Assembly: GCA_051859245.1 (NCBI GenBank)
Contig: JBHYGA010000005.1
Span: 352,001 to 416,000, forward strand
DNA length: 64,000 bases
Reading direction: 5' to 3'
Source: Gemmatimonadaceae bacterium
GTDB lineage: Bacteria; Gemmatimonadota; Gemmatimonadetes; Gemmatimonadales; Gemmatimonadaceae
The position numbers and the translations under genes are program-made. The notes under the pieces were generated by a model. That model ran no database searches, was not told where the DNA came from, and saw only the letters and a list, made by a program, of their open reading frames with translations. Of this stretch, positions 57,897 through 64,000 are shown piece after piece; within the stretch, counting starts at the first letter, position 1, and each line of letters opens with the position of its first letter.

Positions 57897-58954
57897 TGGT
57901 TTCCAGCAGTGCGTCCGTGCTTGATTTGCGCAGTGATACGGTCACGCAGCCTAGTGCGGCCATGCGTGCGGCCATGATGACGGCGATGGTCGGTGACGAT
58001 GTGCTCGACGGCGATCCAACCACACGCGCGTTGGAAGAAGATGTCGCAACGCGACTGGGGAAAGAGGCCGCGCTCTTTTTTCCGAGTGGGACGATGGCCA
58101 ATCAGGCGGCGATCTGGGTGCACACCGAGCCTGGTACCGAAATCCTGGTGGATGCGGACTCGCACATTGTGCATTGGGAACTCGCCGGTGCGGCGGCACT
58201 CGCGGGTGTACAGCCCCGCATGGTGCGCGGCGACGCGCCGGTGATGACGGCACAGGATCTGGAGCGCGCTGTGCGTCCACCGTCGTACGACGCGCCGGAA
58301 GCATCGCTCGTGTGCGTGGAAAACACGCACAACGGCGCCGGTGGGCTGATCACGCCACTGCACGAGCTGCGCGCCATGTACGCGATTGCACAATCGCTCG
58401 GCGTTCCGCTGCACATGGATGGCGCACGACTGTGGAATGCACACATCGCGTCTGGAGTCAGTCTGGCGGAGTTGGCGTCGTGTGCGGATTCTGTCATGGT
58501 GTCGTTTTCAAAAGGACTCGGTGCACCCGTGGGGGCCGCGCTCGTTGGTACGCATGAGGTAATCACGCGCGCGCGTCGGGCCCGCAAACGGTTTGGTGGC
58601 GGCATGCGGCAGTCGGGCATTCTCGCCGCGGCCGCGTTACACGGACTGCAGCATCATCTGGCCGACCTGGCGCATGATCATGCCAACGCGCGCACGCTTG
58701 CGATGGCGCTGGATGGCGTGGAGGGCGCGCGCGTGGTGCCACCCGATACCAACATTGTGATGCTGGATCTGCCGCTGCCGTGTGCTGCCGCGATTGTGAA
58801 CGACGCCAAAGCACACGGCATCCGCGTCTCGGCGTGGTCGCCAACGCGTATTCGCGCCGTCGCGCACCGGGACGCCGCAGGCAGCCGCATTACCGAAGCC
58901 GCCCCGATGCTCGCCGAAGTGGTGGCTCGGGTCATCCGAAGCGCGCGTCCGTAG
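57896..58954 (+). CDS. ltaE: Low-specificity L-threonine aldolase
   Basis: DLRSDTVT, PSGTMANQ, ENTHN, HMDGARLWNA, SKGLGAPVG, GGGMRQ. Confidence 0.93.
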   Translation: MVSSSASVLDLRSDTVTQPSAAMRAAMMTAMVGDDVLDGDPTTRALEEDVATRLGKEAALFFPSGTMANQAAIWVHTEPGTEILVDADSHIVHWELAGAAALAGVQPRMVRGDAPVMTAQDLERAVRPPSYDAPEASLVCVENTHNGAGGLITPLHELRAMYAIAQSLGVPLHMDGARLWNAHIASGVSLAELASCADSVMVSFSKGLGAPVGAALVGTHEVITRARRARKRFGGGMRQSGILAAAALHGLQHHLADLAHDHANARTLAMALDGVEGARVVPPDTNIVMLDLPLPCAAAIVNDAKAHGIRVSAWSPTRIRAVAHRDAAGSRITEAAPMLAEVVARVIRSARP

Positions 58955-58964
58955 TCAAGCCCGC

Positions 58965-58993
58965 TTGTCTGCGCGCGCGGCAGTGCCTATCCT
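58965..58993 (+). promoter_or_regulatory. Sigma70-type promoter of ffs
   Basis: TTGTCT-17 bp-TATCCT immediately upstream of the SRP RNA. Confidence 0.7.
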
Positions 58994-58996
58994 TCA

Positions 58997-59100
58997 GGTG
59001 TCCCGGGTCCCGAAGGGCGCGAGCCCGCCAACTCCGCCAGGACCCCGAAGGTAGCAACGGTACGTGGTGTCTAACGTCGCTTCGTAAGACCCGGGGCATT
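58997..59100 (+). ncRNA. ffs: Signal recognition particle 4.5S RNA (small SRP)
   Basis: Closing stem GGTGTCCCGGGTC/GACCCGGGGCATT; domain IV CAGG-ACC-loop-GGT-AGCA; canonical position upstream of dnaX. Confidence 0.9.
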
Positions 59101-59260
59101 GCGCCGGTGCAGCTTAGCCCTCCCTCGTGGAGCGGAGAGCGCACCGGCGTTGTAGTTTTCGCGAACCTGCCGCGCGTCTTCATGCGGCACGCCGAGCTCC
59201 GACGAGGCGCCGCAAGGCGACCTCGCAGCCGTTTCCCCCGCGCCGACTCCTCTCGCGTCT

Positions 59261-61033
59261 ATGTCGCTCGCTCTCGCGCGAAAATATCGCCCCACAAACT
59301 TCGCGTCGGTTGCGGTGCAGTCGCACGTGGCCAACACACTGAAGGGCGCGATCGCGCGTGATCGGGTCGCGCACGGCTACTTGCTGTGCGGTCCGCGCGG
59401 AACGGGGAAAACCACGCTGGCCCGCGTGCTCGCGATGGCGCTGAACTGCGAAACGCTGAGTGCACAGCGGCGTGCCGGCGAAGCAAACGATGGTGAGCCC
59501 TGTGGGCACTGCACGAGCTGCTCGCGGATCTGGAGTGGCAGCGCGTCGCTCGACGTGGTAGAGATCGACGCCGCGTCCAATCGTGGTGTAGACGACGCGC
59601 GTGAACTGCGCGAGCGCGCCATGTACGCACCATCAGCGGACGATCGGTACAAGGTGTACATCGTTGACGAAGCGCACATGCTCACCAAGGAAGCGTGGAA
59701 TGCGCTGCTGAAAGTGCTCGAAGAACCACCACCGCGTGTGGTGTTCGTGTTCGCGACCACCGATCCGCAAAAAATCGCGCAAGCGGCCGCGCCGGTGCTC
59801 AGTCGCCTGCAGCGCTTTGATCTCAAGCGCATCGGGCCGGGTGAAATTCGTGAGCGACTGGCGCATGTGCTGCGCGCCGAAGGCGTGTCGTTCGACGAAG
59901 ACGCGCTCGGAATGATCGCGCGCGCCGCCGACGGTGGATTGCGCGACGCGCTGTCGCTCACCGATCAAGTGTTGTCGCTCGGGGATACCAGCGAAGTCAC
60001 GGCCGACCGCGTGCGCACCGCACTCGGACTCGTGCCGGAAGAAGAGTTCATTGCACTGCTCGACGTGATCGCTGACCGCCGCGCGGGTGATGTGTTTACG
60101 CGCGTGCAAGCGTTGGCTGACGGTGGCGTAGACTTTGCACAAGTGCTGTCTGGATTGGCCGATGTACTGCGCGCCACACTGGCGCTGGTCCTCGGCGGAA
60201 CGCCACCGGAAATTTCGGAGACGCTGCGACAGGCGCTGGACAGTCGCATCGGGCGTTTTACCGCGCCTGATGTCCTGCGCATGTTGCACGCGCTGCTCGA
60301 AATTGAACCACAGTTTCGCAAGAGCGGGCAGCCGCAGTTGTTGCTGGAATCACTGCTCGTGCGATTCGCACTGTTGGATCGCACGGTGGACCTCGAGGAA
60401 GTGCTGCGCGGGTTTGATACCGGTGAAGATCCGCCGGCTCGTCGCACGGCGCGTGCGCCGGAACCCAAGGGTGCGTCGGCGTACAGTGTTGCGCCCGCGG
60501 CTGCGGCGGCGCTGACGCGTGCGGTGGCGCCAGTGCCATCAGCGCCATCAGCGCCATCAGCGCCGTTGGTGACGTCGCCCACAGTTCCGGCACCATTGCC
60601 TCGCGCAACGCACGCTGCAGCTGCGAAGCCAACGCCCACACTCGACGCGGTGCGAGCGCAGTGGAACGCGGTGGCAGATGCGGTGCGTTCCGCTGGTCGG
60701 GGCATGCTCGCCGAGTCGGTGCGTCGCGTGCGACCAACTGCGCTTGATGACACCGGCATGCTCACGCTCAATCACGATCCGGGTGACGATACGTTTTCTA
60801 CCTCGGTGGAAAACGGACGTGAGATGTTGCTCGGTGTGATTGCACAACTGATCGGTCCGGTGCGTGCGCTGCGATTGCAGAGTGATGGTAATGGCGCGTC
60901 CGTGTCGAGTGCGTCGGCTGGCCGGCGTATTACCACCCAGGACGTGAAGACGGAAACGCTTGATCGCCTCGCGCAGCGTGATCCCTTGCTCGCCGCGGCG
61001 GTAAAGGCACTCGATCTCGAATTGCTCGACTGA
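59261..61033 (+). CDS. dnaX: DNA polymerase III subunit gamma/tau
   Basis: LARKYRP, GPRGTGKTT, zinc Cys motif, EIDAASNRGVD, DEAHML, LEEPP, G.LRDALS. Confidence 0.97.
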   Translation: MSLALARKYRPTNFASVAVQSHVANTLKGAIARDRVAHGYLLCGPRGTGKTTLARVLAMALNCETLSAQRRAGEANDGEPCGHCTSCSRIWSGSASLDVVEIDAASNRGVDDARELRERAMYAPSADDRYKVYIVDEAHMLTKEAWNALLKVLEEPPPRVVFVFATTDPQKIAQAAAPVLSRLQRFDLKRIGPGEIRERLAHVLRAEGVSFDEDALGMIARAADGGLRDALSLTDQVLSLGDTSEVTADRVRTALGLVPEEEFIALLDVIADRRAGDVFTRVQALADGGVDFAQVLSGLADVLRATLALVLGGTPPEISETLRQALDSRIGRFTAPDVLRMLHALLEIEPQFRKSGQPQLLLESLLVRFALLDRTVDLEEVLRGFDTGEDPPARRTARAPEPKGASAYSVAPAAAAALTRAVAPVPSAPSAPSAPLVTSPTVPAPLPRATHAAAAKPTPTLDAVRAQWNAVADAVRSAGRGMLAESVRRVRPTALDDTGMLTLNHDPGDDTFSTSVENGREMLLGVIAQLIGPVRALRLQSDGNGASVSSASAGRRITTQDVKTETLDRLAQRDPLLAAAVKALDLELLD

Positions 61034-61059
61034 CGCTCACCTTTCGGCTACCATTCATC

Positions 61060-61377
61060 ATGGCCAACATGTTCAACTTCATGCAGCAAGCCCAGCAGAT
61101 GCAGGGCAAGCTGGAGCAGCTGCAGCAGGATCTTGCGCGTCGCACGGTGAGTGCATCGGCGGGCGCAGGTATGGTGACGGTGGAGTGCGACGGCAAAGGA
61201 CAGCTGCGTCGCGTCAAGATCGATCCGAGCATGTTCACCGCGGGTGACGTGGAAATGCTTGAAGATCTGATCGTGGTGGCTGCGGCCGAGGCGCAGAAAA
61301 AGGCGGCCGAAGCGGCGCAGGAAGAAATGGGCAAGCTCACCGGCGGGATTGATCTGCCGTTCAAGCTGCCGTTCTGA
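61060..61377 (+). CDS. ybaB: YbaB/EbfC nucleoid-associated protein
   Basis: MQQAQQMQ, GAGMVTV, D.EMLEDLI..A; between dnaX and recR. Confidence 0.95.
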   Translation: MANMFNFMQQAQQMQGKLEQLQQDLARRTVSASAGAGMVTVECDGKGQLRRVKIDPSMFTAGDVEMLEDLIVVAAAEAQKKAAEAAQEEMGKLTGGIDLPFKLPF

Positions 61378-61392
61378 TTCTGCGAAGCGCGC

Positions 61393-61980
61393 GTGTCTGC
61401 GATTGACGATCTCACGACCGAGTTCGCCCGACTTCCTGGTGTCGGTCGGAAAACGGCGCAACGTCTCACGTATCATTTGCTCAAGCAATCGGCCGAGCAA
61501 AGTCGCAGACTCGCGCAGGCGCTGATCACGCTCGTTGAGACGGTGCGACCGTGTTCGCGCTGTTACAACCTCACCGAAGCCGTACTCTGTTCGCTGTGCA
61601 CCGACTCGCGTCGTGATCCGACGTTGGTGTGTGTGGTTGAAGATGCGTCCGACATTGCCTCGATTGAACGTGCGGGTGAGTTTCGAGGGCGCTACCACGT
61701 ACTCGGCGGTCGTCTTTCACCGCTCGACGGTGTTGGTCCCGATGATCTCACGATCGCCCGTCTGCTAGCGCGCGTGCCCGAAGACGAGATCCAGGAAGTG
61801 ATCATGGCCACCAATCCTTCGCTCGAGGGCGAGGCCACCGCGCTGTACATCCAACGCCTGCTCGCGCCGCTGGGTGTTCGTGTCACGCGCATCGCGCGCG
61901 GGCTGCCAGTGGGCGGGGATCTTGAGTACGCCGACGGCGTCACAATCGCGCAGGCGTTGCAGGCGCGGCGGGAGATGTAG
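61393..61980 (+). CDS. recR: Recombination mediator RecR
   Basis: LPGVGRKTAQRL, C4 zinc finger, YHVLGG, EGEATA, G.PVGGDLEYAD. Confidence 0.97.
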   Translation: MSAIDDLTTEFARLPGVGRKTAQRLTYHLLKQSAEQSRRLAQALITLVETVRPCSRCYNLTEAVLCSLCTDSRRDPTLVCVVEDASDIASIERAGEFRGRYHVLGGRLSPLDGVGPDDLTIARLLARVPEDEIQEVIMATNPSLEGEATALYIQRLLAPLGVRVTRIARGLPVGGDLEYADGVTIAQALQARREM

Positions 61981-61986
61981 GCGGGC

Positions 61987-62179
61987 GTGCTCCTAATGCG
62001 GGGGGAACTGCGGCGGGAAGGACACGAAAGCACGAAGGAAACAAAGAAGAGCAACGGCAACGGATTTTGGGGAAACAGCAAAAAACGCTGCGGCTGCAAT
62101 TTTTCAAATGCTTTGCTGTTTTCGTGTCCTTCGTGCTTTCGTGTCCTTCCCGCCGCAGTTCCCCCCGCATTAGGCGCAC
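61987..62179. repeat. Long inverted repeat (~190 bp hairpin; 48 bp perfect arms 61992-62039 / 62127-62174) with internal CACGAA repeats
   Basis: CCTAATGCGGGGGGAACTGCGGCGGGAAGGACACGAAAGCACGAAGGA is the exact reverse complement of 62127-62174; pairing extends imperfectly inward and outward. Confidence 0.97.
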
Positions 62180-62186
62180 CTCGCCT

Positions 62187-62615
62187 TCAACGCTCCTCAG
62201 CCGGATACCCGTTCACAACGCGCCGCACGACTTCACGAAATGTCGGTGCGCCAAAGTTGAGAAGCAGCCCAATCCTCAGGTTCATCAGGCGCGCGTACGT
62301 GAGCGTTTGTTTGATGTGAGCCGCCGCGGTCTGATCGGCGACCTTCACCTCAACGATCAGTATGCCATCGACTACGAGATCGGCGCGAAATCCGCCCTCG
62401 AACAACTGGCCTTCGAAGTAAAAGTCCACCGGAAGCTGTCGCTCCACCCGACAGCCTCGCCGCTCCAGGGCATGCGCGAGCGCGCGCTCGTAGACGGACT
62501 CAAGCATGCCCGGGCCGAGGGCGCGGTAGAGGTGGTAGGCGGCGTCCACCACGAGAGCGGCGAGGACCTCTGGGTTCGGGGCAGACGGGGCAGGGCGAGC
62601 GGGCACGGGCGTCAC
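62187..62615 (-). CDS. GxxExxY protein (PD-(D/E)XK nuclease superfamily)
   Basis: LGPGMLESVY signature, RADLVVD..LIVEVK, Q.LTY, GLLLNFG. Confidence 0.95.
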   Translation of the reverse strand: MTPVPARPAPSAPNPEVLAALVVDAAYHLYRALGPGMLESVYERALAHALERRGCRVERQLPVDFYFEGQLFEGGFRADLVVDGILIVEVKVADQTAAAHIKQTLTYARLMNLRIGLLLNFGAPTFREVVRRVVNGYPAEER

Positions 62616-62723
62616 TCCACGGGAAATGGGGCCCAGAGAACAGGGGCGCCGGTTTACATTACGACGGCCCCGTCGTCAGGTCGTCATCACCCCGAATGAA
62701 TCCGTCCCTTTTGCCGTCGTTCG

Positions 62724-63002
62724 ATGCGTCGTAGTCGGTCCCCGATCTTTCTGCTGTCCGCCGGGCTCGCGCTTGGCTTTCTCGTTGGAGCCGGGGCCTG
62801 GAGCGCCCAGCTCAGCCGCAGCCGCAAGGCACTGTTTCACGCGCGGCCCACGCGCCGGATGGCCGCAATCAGTTACCTTCGGGCTCGGCCAAGCGTTGAT
62901 AGTGTGCGGCTGCTACGTGACTATATCGCGTGGGAAGCACATCCCATGCTGCGCCGTCGAGGGCAGCGGGCGCTTCTGCGTGTGGAGCGCGCGCTGCACT
63001 AA
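62724..63002 (+). CDS. Small hypothetical protein with N-terminal TM helix, upstream of mglB
   Basis: Hydrophobic N-terminus, LF...P.RR.AA..YL...LLRDY..WE; co-oriented with mglBA. Confidence 0.7.
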   Translation: MRRSRSPIFLLSAGLALGFLVGAGAWSAQLSRSRKALFHARPTRRMAAISYLRARPSVDSVRLLRDYIAWEAHPMLRRRGQRALLRVERALH

Positions 63003-63043
63003 GCGTTTTTTGTTCTGAGACTCGGACTTTTCGGAGCCACAGT

Positions 63044-63532
63044 ATGCCCGTTGGCGCGTCGACCTGGTCGTTCACTGAAGACGACTTCGGGGCTATTACC
63101 AAGATTCTGCAGAGCTTTTTGTACGACGCCAAGGCGCGCTGTGCTCTGCTTGTGGACCGCTCCGGTCAGCTCGTGGCCACCGTTGGTGAGCCACCCAACT
63201 TTGACGCGACCGCCTTCGCCACACTTACGGCTGCGGATTTCAGCGCCAATGATCAGCTGGCGCGCCTAATTGGTGAAAGCGATTTCAAAGTGCTGTTTCA
63301 CCAGGGCGAACGCGAATCCATGTATCTCGCCGACGTCGCCAAGCGTGTGATCCTTGTCGTGCTGTTCGACAATCGCACAACGCTTGGTCTGGTCCGTCTC
63401 AAAATGAAAAGTGTGGTCGACGAGCTCTCGCGCACCTTCGAGTTGGTGTTCGCGCGTGGCACCGGCAGTCAGATCGCGCCGCCGGGGCTGCTCGCTGGCG
63501 CCGAAGACGAGATCGATCGCTTGTTTTCGTAA
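63044..63532 (+). CDS. mglB: Roadblock/LC7 protein MglB (GAP of MglA)
   Basis: ALLVDRSGQL, LARLIGE..F..LFHQGE, FDNRTTLGLVRL, EDEIDRLF. Confidence 0.93.
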   Translation: MPVGASTWSFTEDDFGAITKILQSFLYDAKARCALLVDRSGQLVATVGEPPNFDATAFATLTAADFSANDQLARLIGESDFKVLFHQGERESMYLADVAKRVILVVLFDNRTTLGLVRLKMKSVVDELSRTFELVFARGTGSQIAPPGLLAGAEDEIDRLFS

Positions 63533-63544
63533 GAGGGACACGCG

Positions 63545-64000
63545 ATGTCGATGATCAACTACGCGTCCCGCGAAATCAATTGCAAAATTGTGTACTACGG
63601 CCCGGGACTCGGTGGCAAGACCACCAATCTCGAGTTCATTTACGGCAAAGTGTCGCCGAGTACGCGCGGCAAACTGATTTCGCTCGCAACGGAAACAGAA
63701 CGCACGCTGTTCTTTGATTTCTTGCCGGTTGACCTTGGTACGATTCGCGGTTTTCGCACGCGATTCCATTTGTACACCGTGCCGGGCCAGGTGTACTACA
63801 ACGCCAGCCGCAAGCTCATTCTCAAGGGCGTCGATGGCGTGGTGTTTGTGGCCGATTCGCAGAGCGACCGCATGGAAGCGAATCTGGAGAGCATGCAGAA
63901 TCTGTACGACAACATGTCGGCGTACGGCTATGATCTCACGCGCATGCCGTTTGTGATTCAGTACAACAAGCGTGATCTCCCGAATGCGTCGCCACTCGGT
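63545..64000 (+). CDS. mglA: MglA small GTPase (3' truncated by window edge)
   Basis: Translated by eye: [29 protein letters not shown]...ERTLFFDF...TVPGQVYY...QYNKRDL. Confidence 0.96.
   Translation, partial: MSMINYASREINCKIVYYGPGLGGKTTNLEFIYGKVSPSTRGKLISLATETERTLFFDFLPVDLGTIRGFRTRFHLYTVPGQVYYNASRKLILKGVDGVVFVADSQSDRMEANLESMQNLYDNMSAYGYDLTRMPFVIQYNKRDLPNASPLG

Noticed and set aside
60533..60565. 9 bp tandem GCGCCATCA repeat in dnaX; also looked for a gamma/tau frameshift site
   Set aside because: In-frame Ala-Pro-Ser linker only. No A-AAA-AAG or long poly-A slippery site was seen in the linker region.
62021..62143. CACGAA repeats as a possible CRISPR array
   Set aside because: Units are 8-9 nt with no unique spacers and no cas genes in the window.
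61940..62319. ORFs 61987..62319 (+) and 61940..62179 (-) with near-identical N-termini (LMRGELRREGHESTK)
   Set aside because: Mirror-image translations of the two palindrome arms. They overlap real genes and have no independent coding evidence.

Overview
A 64 kb, high-GC bacterial chromosomal segment. Gene content and order suggest Gemmatimonadota (inference, not a database result). It is mostly core and envelope genes: an M14 peptidase 3' end, Lrp-rocD, a DUF1592/DUF1552/ankyrin cytochrome-c operon, solA, a NfeD-flotillin-GYF_2-zinc-ribbon operon, S9/S41/M28 peptidases, a TonB receptor, a GMC/Gfo oxidative glycoside-type cluster, MFS-cutC-GH20 followed by an ECF sigma/anti-sigma pair, a tal-pyk-MBL-pgi-fba sugar cluster, and ffs-dnaX-ybaB-recR-(orf)-mglB-mglA. 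The most unusual element interrupts that last run: an antisense GxxExxY (PD-(D/E)XK nuclease-like) gene directly abutting a ~190 bp long inverted repeat with 48 bp perfect arms and internal CACGAA repeats. This looks like an uncharacterised nuclease-plus-palindrome module. No tRNA, rRNA, CRISPR array, transposase or integrase was seen. Start codons were adjusted by eye and are approximate.
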